Of a stretch of DNA of 37,314 bases, positions 9,403 to 18,047 are shown one piece after another; positions within the stretch are counted from its first letter, which is position 1, and the number at the start of each line of letters is the position of its first letter. Source of the stretch: Alphaproteobacteria bacterium (GTDB lineage: Bacteria > Pseudomonadota > Alphaproteobacteria > Paracaedibacterales > CAITNM01). Where the stretch lies: positions 1 to 37,314 of the forward strand of contig CANMNU010000001.1 in the NCBI GenBank assembly GCA_947499175.1. Reading direction: 5' to 3'. The translations under genes were made by a program, and so were the position numbers. The notes beneath the pieces are model-generated. The model ran no database searches. It was given only the letters and a program-made list of their open reading frames with translations, and was not told the DNA's origin.

Positions 9403-10749
9403 ATGTCGTCTGCTATCGAGCAACTTGCCGCCAATATAAATTTCTCTACCTTTGCAAAAGCTGAGGACTTAAAAAAACGTATATGGTTTACATTAATAGC
9501 GTTAGCTATATATCGTTTGGGTACATATATCCCATTACCGGGAATTAACCCTTTGGTTATCAAAGAATTTGTGAGCAGTAATGCTGGTGGAATTCTTGGA
9601 ATTCTTGATATGTTTTCTGGTGGCTCAATTAGTCGTATGACTATCTTGGCTTTGAACATTATGCCATATATTTCATCAAGTATTATTGTTCAGTTGATGA
9701 CATCTATTTCTCCTCATCTTGAAGCATTAAAAAAAGAAGGCGAAGCAGGGCGTCGTAAGCTTAACCAGTATACGCGCTATGGTACGGTTCTTTTGGCAAT
9801 GGTGCAGGCTTATGGTATTTCCATTGGTCTTGAGAAAATGCAAGGCGCAAGTGGTGCTGCCGTACTTGATCCTGGGGTTTTATTTCATTTATCAACTGTG
9901 GTTATTTTAACCGGTGGTACCATGTTTATTATGTGGATGGGAGAGCAAATAACTTCTCGTGGTCTAGGTAATGGTATCTCACTTGTTATATATGCGGGTA
10001 TCGTTGCTAATCTTCCACAAGCTGTATTCAGTACATTTGAATTAGGTCGGCAGGGAGCGTTATCTGCAGTTGTAATTTTGGGTATTTTATTTTTGGTAGC
10101 AGTAGTTATTGCCTATGTCGTTTTTATGGAAAGAGCGCAACGTCGGATTTTGATCCAGTATCCAAAACGTCAAGTTGCTGTAAATATGCCAGCAGTAGCG
10201 CAGACTTCTCATTTGCCTTTAAAATTAAATAGTGCAGGTGTGATTCCGCCAATTTTTGCATCTTCTTTGCTGTTGTTGCCAGCCACAATATCCGGATTTG
10301 CAGGAACTAATTCTTCTGATGGTATTCTTGGTTATATTGGCTCAATTTTTGCCCATGGGCATCCTGTTTATATGACATGCTTTGCGGCACTAATTATTTT
10401 CTTTGCTTTCTTTTATACAGCACTAATGTTTAACCCAAATGAAACATCGGAAAATTTGCGTAAAATGGGTAACTACATTCCTGGTGTTCGTCCAGGTAAG
10501 CCAACAGCAGAGTATTTAGACTATGTATTAACCCGTCTTACTGTTGTTGGAGCGCTATTTTTAGCGTCTATTTGTGTGCTACCTGACTTTATTTATAGCC
10601 GTGTTTCTTTGCCATTCTATTTTGGTGGTACCACAATATTAATTGTGGTGAGTGTGACTATGGAGACTATTACCCAAATTCAGTCTCACTTAATGGCCCA
10701 TCAGTATGAAGGGCTTATCAAAAAGGCAAAGGCAAAAGGTAAAATGTAA
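9403..10749 (+). CDS. secY: Preprotein translocase subunit SecY
   Basis: 448 aa and polytopic. Contains IYRLGTYIPLPGIN, ILALNIMPYISSSII and GEQITSRGLGNGISL. It follows rplO, as is canonical. Confidence 0.97.
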   Translation: MSSAIEQLAANINFSTFAKAEDLKKRIWFTLIALAIYRLGTYIPLPGINPLVIKEFVSSNAGGILGILDMFSGGSISRMTILALNIMPYISSSIIVQLMTSISPHLEALKKEGEAGRRKLNQYTRYGTVLLAMVQAYGISIGLEKMQGASGAAVLDPGVLFHLSTVVILTGGTMFIMWMGEQITSRGLGNGISLVIYAGIVANLPQAVFSTFELGRQGALSAVVILGILFLVAVVIAYVVFMERAQRRILIQYPKRQVAVNMPAVAQTSHLPLKLNSAGVIPPIFASSLLLLPATISGFAGTNSSDGILGYIGSIFAHGHPVYMTCFAALIIFFAFFYTALMFNPNETSENLRKMGNYIPGVRPGKPTAEYLDYVLTRLTVVGALFLASICVLPDFIYSRVSLPFYFGGTTILIVVSVTMETITQIQSHLMAHQYEGLIKKAKAKGKM

Positions 10750-11387
10750 TGCATTTGGTTTTTTTAGGACCGCCTGCATGTGGAAAGGGCACTCAGTCAG
10801 AAATATTGGTAAAAAAGTACGGATATCATCATTTATCAACAGGTGATATTCTTCGTAAAGAATCTGCCAGTGGTTCTGAGCTTGGTAACTTACTTAAATT
10901 AACTCTAGCAAATGGTGCTTTAGCCCCAACTGATTTAGTTAATAAAGCCATAAAGAAAGATATTGAAAAATATAGTAAGAATAGTATATTATTTGATGGT
11001 TATCCGCGCAAGATTGATCAAGCACATTTCCTTGATGATATTATTGCTGAAACAAATGGCGAAATAAGACGTGTGTTTTATTTTGACATTGACGTTAATG
11101 ATCTTTTGCAAAGAATTTTAAATAGAGTTACTTGTAAAGATTGTGGAGCCGTGTATAATCTGCAGACGAACCCTCCAAAAAAAGAGGGTGTTTGTGATAA
11201 CTGCGCAAGTACAAATTTTGTTAAGCGTGGTGATGATAATGAAGCGATTCTTGAAAATCGCTTTAAGTATTTTTTAGAAGAGACTGCCCCGCTTAAGGAG
11301 TTTTACCAAAAGCGGGGAATTTTGACGGTGATAGATGCGAGCGCACCGTTAAAAAATGTAACAGAACAAATTGTAAACGCATTATAA
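10749..11387 (+). CDS. adk: Adenylate kinase (long type with a 4-Cys lid)
   Basis: 212 aa. Contains P-loop [17 protein letters not shown] and FDGYPR. The lid reads CKDCGAVYN...CDNC. Overlaps the secY stop by 1 nt. Confidence 0.95.
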   Translation: MHLVFLGPPACGKGTQSEILVKKYGYHHLSTGDILRKESASGSELGNLLKLTLANGALAPTDLVNKAIKKDIEKYSKNSILFDGYPRKIDQAHFLDDIIAETNGEIRRVFYFDIDVNDLLQRILNRVTCKDCGAVYNLQTNPPKKEGVCDNCASTNFVKRGDDNEAILENRFKYFLEETAPLKEFYQKRGILTVIDASAPLKNVTEQIVNAL

Positions 11388-11397
11388 GGAGCTAACC

Positions 11398-11775
11398 GTG
11401 GCACGTATTGCTGGTGTAAACATTCCAACCCAAAAAAAAGTATGGATTGCTTTGACCTATATTTATGGAATTGGTAAACACCAATCCGTTAACATTATTC
11501 AAAAAGCAGGGGTGGATGGAGAAAAACGCGTTCATTCTTTGACAGATCAAGAAGTATTAAAGATTCGTGAAGTAATTGACGCAACCCATAAAGTTGAAGG
11601 TGACCTACGTCGCGAAGTCAGTATGAATATTAAGCGATTAATGGACTTAGGGTGCTATCGTGGACTTCGTCATCGTAAGGGGCTACCAGTTCGTGGTCAA
11701 CGTACTCATACGAATGCTCGTACTCGTAAAGGGAAGGCAATTGCTATTGCCGGTAAAAAAATGGTTGGTAAATAA
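11398..11775 (+). CDS. rpsM: 30S ribosomal protein S13
   Basis: 125 aa with a GTG start. Contains [10 protein letters not shown] and [22 protein letters not shown]. Confidence 0.97.
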   Translation: MARIAGVNIPTQKKVWIALTYIYGIGKHQSVNIIQKAGVDGEKRVHSLTDQEVLKIREVIDATHKVEGDLRREVSMNIKRLMDLGCYRGLRHRKGLPVRGQRTHTNARTRKGKAIAIAGKKMVGK

Positions 11776-11795
11776 AACTTAAGGTATTGTAATTT

Positions 11796-12188
11796 ATGGC
11801 ACAAAAATCTGTTGCACGTGTTAAGCGTCGTGAAAGAAAAAATATCATTAATGGTATTGTCTATATTAATGCGACATTCAATAACACGTTAGTAAGCGTG
11901 ACTGATGAATCTGGAAACGTTATTTCTTGGTCTACTTCAGGAATGATGGGCTTTAAAGGTTCTCGTAAGTCAACTCCTTATGCAGCACAAGTTGCTGCAG
12001 AGGATGCCGCTAAAAAGGCCCAGGAACATGGTATGAAAAATGTTAGGGTTATTGTAAAGGGGCCTGGATCAGGCCGTGAGACTGCATTGCGTTCTTTGCA
12101 ATCAGTTGGCTTTACAATATCCTCTGTACGTGATGTGACTCCAGTTCCACACAATGGTGTGCGTCCTCCTAAACGTCGTCGCGTATAA
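11796..12188 (+). CDS. rpsK: 30S ribosomal protein S11
   Basis: 130 aa. Contains [16 protein letters not shown] and [14 protein letters not shown], and the C-terminus [13 protein letters not shown]. Confidence 0.97.
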   Translation: MAQKSVARVKRRERKNIINGIVYINATFNNTLVSVTDESGNVISWSTSGMMGFKGSRKSTPYAAQVAAEDAAKKAQEHGMKNVRVIVKGPGSGRETALRSLQSVGFTISSVRDVTPVPHNGVRPPKRRRV

Positions 12189-12230
12189 GACTGTGTTTCT
12201 AGTATAAATAAATAAGGAAAGAGAACAATT

Positions 12231-13253
12231 GTGATTGAAAGAAATTGGCAATCGATGATTAAGCCTTCCAAGATTCAGGTGGAGTACCTTACCTCAAATC
12301 TTAGGGAAGCCAGTGTAATAGCTGAGCCACTCGAAAGAGGCTTTGGTCTTACTTTAGGTAACGCTTTGCGCCGTGTTTTATTATCTTCGTTGCAAGGTTC
12401 TGCGATTACATCAATTAAAATTGATGGTATATTACACGAATTTTCAACAATACCTGGTGTTCGTGAAGATGTTGCAGATATCATTTTGAACTTAAAAACT
12501 CTAGGTGTTCGTCTAAATTCAGAAATGCCAAAACGTATGCGCATTGATGTAAAGGGGCCATGTGTTGTTACAGCTAAAGATATTCAACATTCATCTGAAG
12601 TTGAAATTATGGATCCTGACTTGGTTATTTGCCATGTCGACGAGGGCGGTCATGTGGTTATGGAACTCACTGTGCAAAATGGTAAGGGGTATATTCCTGC
12701 ATCGGCTCAACAGACTGAAGATAAGACAATTGGCTTAATTCCAATTGATGCAATTTTCAGTCCAATTAAACGTGTGGTATATAAAGTTGATCAGACACGT
12801 GTTGGGCAACGTACAGATTATGATAAGCTGACTTTGACCTTGACTACTGACGGTTCAATAACTCCAGATGATTCAATTGCTTATGCTTCAAGAATTTTGC
12901 AAGATCAATTGCAGCAATTTATTAATTTTGAAGAACCAAAGCCAGCAGGTACGGTAGAACGCCGTGGTGAACCACTGCCATTTAACCGTAACATGCTAAA
13001 AAAGGTTGATGAATTAGAGCTTTCAGTTCGTTCGGCAAATTGTTTGAAGAATGAAAACATCTATTACATTGGTGACTTAGTGCAACGTTCTGAACCAGAA
13101 ATGTTACGCACTCCAAACTTCGGTCGTAAGTCTTTGAATGAAATCAAAGAAGTACTTTCAATGATGGGGCTTGGTTTTGGTATGACAGTGCCAAATTGGC
13201 CACCAGAGAATATAGATGAATTAGCAAAATCTTTAGAAGATCCATTTAACTGA
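12231..13253 (+). CDS. rpoA: DNA-directed RNA polymerase subunit alpha
   Basis: 340 aa with a GTG start. Contains [25 protein letters not shown] and the C-terminal-domain motif [24 protein letters not shown]. Confidence 0.97.
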   Translation: MIERNWQSMIKPSKIQVEYLTSNLREASVIAEPLERGFGLTLGNALRRVLLSSLQGSAITSIKIDGILHEFSTIPGVREDVADIILNLKTLGVRLNSEMPKRMRIDVKGPCVVTAKDIQHSSEVEIMDPDLVICHVDEGGHVVMELTVQNGKGYIPASAQQTEDKTIGLIPIDAIFSPIKRVVYKVDQTRVGQRTDYDKLTLTLTTDGSITPDDSIAYASRILQDQLQQFINFEEPKPAGTVERRGEPLPFNRNMLKKVDELELSVRSANCLKNENIYYIGDLVQRSEPEMLRTPNFGRKSLNEIKEVLSMMGLGFGMTVPNWPPENIDELAKSLEDPFN

Positions 13254-13269
13254 GAAAAGAGAAATCGTC

Positions 13270-13665
13270 ATGAGACACGGAATGTCAGGACGCAAGTTTA
13301 ACAGAACAAAAGAACATAGAAAAGCTATGTTTAAAAATCTTGCGCAGGCTTTAATTAAGAATGAACAAATTAAGACAACTTTGCCAAAAGCTAAAGATCT
13401 TCGGCCTGTTGTAGAAAAGTTGATTACTTTGGCAAAACGTGGTGGATTGCACTGTCGTCGTCAAGCAGTTTCACAATTGCAGGATCAAGATGTGGTCAAG
13501 AAGCTAATGGATCAAATGGGATCACGCTTCTCTGATCGTCAAGGTGGCTATACAAGGATTGTTAAGGCAGGCTTTCGTTATGGTGATAATGCACCAATGG
13601 CGGTTATTGAGTTTGTCGATTTTGACCCAACTCAACTAGTAGTTTCACAATCAGAAGCTGCTTAA
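13270..13665 (+). CDS. rplQ: 50S ribosomal protein L17
   Basis: 131 aa. Contains [33 protein letters not shown] and GGYTRI. Confidence 0.96.
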   Translation: MRHGMSGRKFNRTKEHRKAMFKNLAQALIKNEQIKTTLPKAKDLRPVVEKLITLAKRGGLHCRRQAVSQLQDQDVVKKLMDQMGSRFSDRQGGYTRIVKAGFRYGDNAPMAVIEFVDFDPTQLVVSQSEAA

Positions 13666-13690
13666 GTTCAGGTTATCTTTAGCTTTAAAA

Positions 13691-13722
13691 TAAAGAGGGC
13701 TTTTATGCTCTCTTTATTTTTT
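13691..13722 (+). terminator. Rho-independent terminator of the ribosomal protein/rpoA-rplQ transcription unit
   Basis: A 10-bp stem pairs taaagagggc (13691-13700) with gctctcttta (13707-13716), including one G-U pair. The loop is 6 nt (ttttat). A T6 run at 13717-13722 follows immediately. Confidence 0.75.
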
Positions 13723-13911
13723 GGTGTGTTTACTAAATTTTATTTAATATTTTTGTGTATTTTTTACAACAATTTAAACAGTATCTGGTAAAATTAACTA
13801 AATTGCAATTACAATATATAAATTTAAAAAGCTTCAGTTCACCTTAAGCCTTTCTTGTTTTCATTATTTTGAAAAACCCATATACTACATAAAACATAAA
13901 GAAAAAGTACT

Positions 13912-15033
13912 ATGCATATTTCGGTTGTTAAAGAAACTGCAGAATTTGAAAATAGGGTGGCTTTAACGCCAGACTTAGTGAAACGTTTATGTGATGCAGG
14001 GCACACGGTTGTTGTGGAAAAAAATGCTGGCCAAGCTGTTGGTTTTTTAGATGAAACATACAAAACCGCAGGCGCCTCAATTGCTAAAAATTTTGCAGAC
14101 ACCGTGGTTGATGCGCAATTTGTGCTTAAAGTTGGCCCAGTAGTTGAAAAACAGGTTGAATACTTAAAAGCAAATACCGTGCTAATTGCAATGCAAAAAG
14201 TTTTTGAAAATAAATCATTATTTAACAAAATTAATAAACGTAACGTCAGTGCTTTTGCTTTGGAATTTGTACCAAGAATTACCCGTGCACAATCAATGGA
14301 TGTCTTATCTTCCCAAAGTAATTTGTCAGGTTATCGCGCTGTAATTGAAGGGGCATACGAGCTTGATCGTGCCTTTCCGTTAATGATGACAGCAGCCGGT
14401 GCGGTTGTTGCTTCCAGGGTCCTTGTTATGGGGGCAGGAGTTGCAGGTTTACAAGCAATCGCAACGGCACGCCGCCTAGGGGCAATTGTTTCTGCTTTTG
14501 ATGTACGATCAGCTGCCAAGGAACAAGTACAAAGTTTAGGGGCGACATTTATTGAGGTTGATTACCAAGAATCTGGTGAGGGTTCTGGCGGTTATGCCAA
14601 AGAAATGAGTGAAGGCTACAAGCAAGCCCAAGCGGCGAAATTGCTTGAGGTATTGAAAACTCAAGACATTGTTATTACAACAGCCCTTATTCCAGGACGC
14701 ACAGCGCCTATATTGTTAACTGCTGAAATGGTTAATGAAATGAAGGTTGGAAGTGTGATTGTTGATTTGGCGATTGAATCTGGTGGTAACTGTGAACTTT
14801 CCAAGCATGGTATTACAATTACCAAAAATGGCGTAAAAATTGTAGCCCATCCAAATATGCCAAGCCGCATTGCTTATAACGCAAGTCAGTTGTACGCTAA
14901 AAATGTCTATAATTTTTTGCAATTAATGATCGCTAATAACGAGGAATTAAACATTGATTTCAATGACGAAATTATAAAATCCACCTGTCTTTGCCACGAT
15001 GGCAACTTACTGCATTCTGTGTTTGAAAAATAA
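13912..15033 (+). CDS. pntAA: NAD(P) transhydrogenase alpha subunit part 1 (dI, alanine-dehydrogenase-like NAD(H) domain)
   Basis: 373 aa. Contains E.RVALTP, the Rossmann motif VLVMGAGVAGLQAIATARRLGA and LIPGR.AP. It is followed by the small membrane part and by pntB. Confidence 0.9.
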   Translation: MHISVVKETAEFENRVALTPDLVKRLCDAGHTVVVEKNAGQAVGFLDETYKTAGASIAKNFADTVVDAQFVLKVGPVVEKQVEYLKANTVLIAMQKVFENKSLFNKINKRNVSAFALEFVPRITRAQSMDVLSSQSNLSGYRAVIEGAYELDRAFPLMMTAAGAVVASRVLVMGAGVAGLQAIATARRLGAIVSAFDVRSAAKEQVQSLGATFIEVDYQESGEGSGGYAKEMSEGYKQAQAAKLLEVLKTQDIVITTALIPGRTAPILLTAEMVNEMKVGSVIVDLAIESGGNCELSKHGITITKNGVKIVAHPNMPSRIAYNASQLYAKNVYNFLQLMIANNEELNIDFNDEIIKSTCLCHDGNLLHSVFEK

Positions 15034-15042
15034 GGAAAAATT

Positions 15043-15462
15043 ATGGATCTTAATTCAATTGCCCAACAGGCTGCACGCTTAAATAGCGTTATTCAAGAAA
15101 TATCAGGTGAACTTGGCAACATCGAAGGTTCTTTGCGACAAGCGATAGCAAATCAAGGTCAAGTCGGTGCCGACCCATTTGTGCTTGGTTTAATGGTTTT
15201 TGTATTGGCATGTTTCGTTGGCTACTACGTGGTTTGGAAAGTCACACCAGCACTACATTCCCCGCTTATGGCTGTTACAAACGCTATTTCAAGTGTCATT
15301 ATTGTTGGCGCTTTAATTGCGGCTGGTCCAGCAGAATTTGGTGTTTCATCAACCTTTGGTTTTTTTGCCGTAGTGCTTGCTTCCATTAACATTTTTGGAG
15401 GATTTATTGTGACTCAACGTATGTTATCCATGTTTTCAAAAAAGAATAAGAGCAAATCATGA
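15043..15462 (+). CDS. pntAB: NAD(P) transhydrogenase alpha subunit part 2 (membrane dII portion)
   Basis: 139 aa with hydrophobic helices. The motif [25 protein letters not shown] is characteristic of the PntA C-terminal part. Confidence 0.85.
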   Translation: MDLNSIAQQAARLNSVIQEISGELGNIEGSLRQAIANQGQVGADPFVLGLMVFVLACFVGYYVVWKVTPALHSPLMAVTNAISSVIIVGALIAAGPAEFGVSSTFGFFAVVLASINIFGGFIVTQRMLSMFSKKNKSKS

Positions 15463-16859
15463 CCCCAACAATCTCAACATTATTATACTTAGTCGCTGCA
15501 GTTTGCTTTGTCATGGCTTTGCGCGGCTTGTCATCGGCTGCAACTTCACGCAATGGAAACCTTTATGGTATTTGCGGTATGGTGATTGCAATCTTAACTA
15601 CTTTGCTAAGCCCTGCGATTACTAAATATACCGGAATTATTGGTGGAATTGCCCTGGGTGGGATAATCGGTGCCATTATTGCTAAAAAAATTAAAATGAC
15701 TGCATTACCACAATTGGTAGCAGCGTTTCACAGTTTAGTTGGCTTGGCGGCGGTTTTTGTTGCAGGTTCTGCACTTTACAACCCTAAAGCATTTGGTATT
15801 GGTGCGGTTGATGCCATATATACCGCAAGTTTGGTTGAAATGAGCCTTGGCACAATTATTGGTGCCATAACTTTTAGTGGTTCAATTATTGCCTTTGGTA
15901 AGTTACAGGGGTTAATTTCTGGAAGACCATTGGTTTATAAGGGTCAACATATTATTAACGCTGCCCTTGGTATTGGGTTAATTGCCTTGGTAGTGTTCTT
16001 CACTGTTAACCAACATCACAGTATTTTTTGGATTATCACAGCGGTTTCACTGTTACTTGGCATACTGTTAATTTTACCAATTGGTGGAGCTGATATGCCA
16101 GTGGTAATTTCCATGTTGAATTCTTATTCGGGGTGGGCTGCAGCTGGTATTGGTTTTACTTTGAACAACCATCTCTTGCTCATTACTGGTGCTCTTGTTG
16201 GGGCGTCCGGCGCTATTCTTAGCTATATTATGTGCAAAGGTATGAATCGTTCAATTATTAATGTTATTTTGGGTGGTTTTGGCACAGACCCTGCAGAAGC
16301 AAGTACTGCCGCAGTATCAGACAAACCAGTCAAACTTAGCAGTGCAGAAGATGCAGCTTATATGATGAGCAATGCTCGCAGCGTAATCATCGTGCCAGGT
16401 TATGGTATGGCTGTAGCCCAAGCGCAGCATAGCTTACGTGAAATGGTCGATGTCTTAAAATCACAAGGTGTTAAGGTTCGCTATGCAATTCATCCTGTGG
16501 CTGGACGTATGCCTGGACACATGAACGTATTGTTGGCTGAAGCAAATGTACCTTATGATGATGTGCTTGAGCTTGATGATATTAATAGCGATTTTGGTGC
16601 AACTGATGTTGCCTTTGTAATTGGTGCTAATGATATTACTAATCCGGCTGCCAAAACTAATGCCGCATCACCAATTTATGGCATGCCTATATTAGATGTG
16701 GAAAGGGCGCAAACTGTATTTTTTGTAAAACGTTCATTGGCTTCTGGTTATGCGGGTGTTGATAACGAGTTATTCTACCGTGATAACACAATGATGGTTC
16801 TGGGTGATGCTAAGAAGGTTTGTGAAATTCTGGTTAAATCATTAAAGGGTAGCCATTAG
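15459..16859 (+). CDS. pntB: NAD(P) transhydrogenase beta subunit
   Basis: 466 aa. A polytopic N-terminal region is followed by the dIII domain: [34 protein letters not shown] and [12 protein letters not shown]. Overlaps pntAB by 4 nt (ATGA). Confidence 0.93.
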   Translation: MTPTISTLLYLVAAVCFVMALRGLSSAATSRNGNLYGICGMVIAILTTLLSPAITKYTGIIGGIALGGIIGAIIAKKIKMTALPQLVAAFHSLVGLAAVFVAGSALYNPKAFGIGAVDAIYTASLVEMSLGTIIGAITFSGSIIAFGKLQGLISGRPLVYKGQHIINAALGIGLIALVVFFTVNQHHSIFWIITAVSLLLGILLILPIGGADMPVVISMLNSYSGWAAAGIGFTLNNHLLLITGALVGASGAILSYIMCKGMNRSIINVILGGFGTDPAEASTAAVSDKPVKLSSAEDAAYMMSNARSVIIVPGYGMAVAQAQHSLREMVDVLKSQGVKVRYAIHPVAGRMPGHMNVLLAEANVPYDDVLELDDINSDFGATDVAFVIGANDITNPAAKTNAASPIYGMPILDVERAQTVFFVKRSLASGYAGVDNELFYRDNTMMVLGDAKKVCEILVKSLKGSH

Positions 16860-16878
16860 CATGATAGTTTACTGAAGT

Positions 16879-16907
16879 ATGACAATTTACTTATTATTAA
16901 CTAAATT
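16879..16907 (+). promoter_or_regulatory. Possible sigma70-type promoter for nagZ and its long leader
   Basis: ATGACA (16879-16884), a 17-nt spacer, then TAAATT (16902-16907). This is motif-level evidence only, in an AT-rich background, so it is weak. Confidence 0.25.
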
Positions 16908-16953
16908 ATGGTATTTATGAATGTAAGAGCAGCTCTTCAAATATTGTTTCAAG

Positions 16954-17075
16954 GCATCATTTTAAAGCCCTTTAAGATGCTAATGGCGAAGCATTATCTG
17001 CGCAAGGTTGGAGCCGAGGTGGGGCGGCCCACCCTATTTAGGGCGGGGGTGGGGGACGGACACACATACCACCAA
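16954..17075 (+). promoter_or_regulatory. Unclassified structured, GC-rich element (candidate cis-regulatory leader or small RNA) between pntB and nagZ
   Basis: There is an AU-rich hairpin at 16954-16980 (gcatc...gatgc). A second hairpin pairs ggtggg with cccacc across a gcgg loop (17018-17033). Alternative pairings exist: cccaccc (17028-17034) with gggtggg (17047-17053), and ggtgg (17048-17052) with ccacc (17069-17073). The G-tract GGGCGGGGGTGGGGG lies at 17041-17055. I recognise no known RNA family core in it. Confidence 0.3.
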
Positions 17076-17117
17076 AAAGTTAATAAATCGTTAATTTCTA
17101 GTCAGGTAGTATAAAGA

Positions 17118-17993
17118 GTGATTCTAGTTATATACGGGTGCCAAGGATTAACTCTAACTACAGCTGAACAAGAATTTTTCAATAAAGCCCAACCTTTGGG
17201 CTTTATTCTTTTTGAGCGTAATTGTCAAAATCCAGATCAAGTTAAATCACTTATCAAGCAGCTTAAAAATTGTTTACACCATACCGATGTCCCTATCTTA
17301 ATTGATCAAGAAGGGGGCAGGGTGGTTCGCTTAAGACCACCATTTTGGAAACCTCGTAGGGCTGCTAAATTATTTACATCTTATGATGCTGTTTACGAAA
17401 ATGCCAAAGATATGGCCCATGAATTGGCTGAACTTGGTATTAATGTCAATTGTGCACCATGTGCTGATTTACTAATTGCAGGTGCCGATGGCATTATTGG
17501 TGACCGTGCCTTTAGTGATGATCCTGAAATTGTTACCCAATACAGCTTAGCCATGTTAAAAGGCCTGGAAGATGGTGGTGTAACAACTGTGATTAAGCAT
17601 TTACCTGGCCATGGTCGTGCCCCTGTAGATAGCCACACAGAGTTGCCAGTGGTTGATACTGAACACGCAACCTTAAGTGCTATAGATTTTATGCCGTTTA
17701 AAGCCTTAGCTAAAGCTTCAAAAACTGCTTGGGGTATGACTGCCCATGTTATTTACAATTCAATTGACCCTTTAAATGTAGCGACTCAATCAAGCAAATT
17801 AATTAGCGAAATTATTAGGGGCGAAATTGGCTTTAATGGCTTTTTGGTAAGTGATTGTTTAACTATGAAAGCACTTCAGGGAAGCTTCGCTGAAAAAGCT
17901 AAACTATCCCTTAATGCCGGTTGTAATGCTATTTTAATGTGCCAGGGCTCCATTGCTGAATTTGAAGCCGTGGCAATTGGTGCAATTAGCTAA
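17118..17993 (+). CDS. nagZ: Beta-N-acetylhexosaminidase (glycoside hydrolase family 3, NagZ-like), C-terminally short
   Basis: 291 aa with a GTG start preceded by aaagag. Contains GFILFERN, DQEGGRVVRL, KHLPGHGRAPVDSH, FNGFLVSDCLTM and LNAGCNAILMC. Only 16 aa follow the AGC..L.C block. Confidence 0.85.
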   Translation: MILVIYGCQGLTLTTAEQEFFNKAQPLGFILFERNCQNPDQVKSLIKQLKNCLHHTDVPILIDQEGGRVVRLRPPFWKPRRAAKLFTSYDAVYENAKDMAHELAELGINVNCAPCADLLIAGADGIIGDRAFSDDPEIVTQYSLAMLKGLEDGGVTTVIKHLPGHGRAPVDSHTELPVVDTEHATLSAIDFMPFKALAKASKTAWGMTAHVIYNSIDPLNVATQSSKLISEIIRGEIGFNGFLVSDCLTMKALQGSFAEKAKLSLNAGCNAILMCQGSIAEFEAVAIGAIS

Positions 17994-18047
17994 ATATAAC
18001 CTCATCTGCTTTGACACAAAACCTTCCTGAACACAAAATTAGGCACA

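Noticed and set aside
13705-13791. A 28-aa very hydrophobic mini-ORF (MLSLFFGVFTKFYLIFLCIFYNNLNSIW) with GAGGG 5 nt upstream, resembling a type I toxin peptide
   Set aside because: Its Shine-Dalgarno sequence and first codons are the two arms of the rplQ terminator hairpin. The rest is T-rich spacer, which naturally translates to Phe/Leu/Ile. There is no independent promoter and no antisense RNA signal. It is most likely a by-product of composition.
13839-14228. A 129-aa minus-strand ORF overlapping the pntAA 5' region
   Set aside because: It is an antisense shadow of a confidently identified gene. The protein is low-complexity and matches no family.
17016-17075. Possible identity of the GC-rich element as tmRNA piece, tRNA, SRP RNA, RNase P RNA or guanidine-II (mini-ykkC) riboswitch
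   Set aside because: The ..ataCCACCA at 17066-17074 and the ACGG after a G-run are suggestive. However, there is no T-loop (GTTCRA), no SRP domain IV motif and no RNase P P4 sequence. Only one hairpin exists, and its loop is GCGG rather than the paired ACGR loops that mini-ykkC needs. None of these assignments is supported by eye.
16908-17114. A 68-aa ORF filling the pntB-nagZ intergenic gap
   Set aside because: It has no convincing Shine-Dalgarno sequence and no recognisable motif. Its composition is dominated by the GC-rich element that it happens to read through (..GAEVGRPTLFRAGVGDGH..). The region is better explained as non-coding structured sequence, but I cannot fully exclude a small protein.
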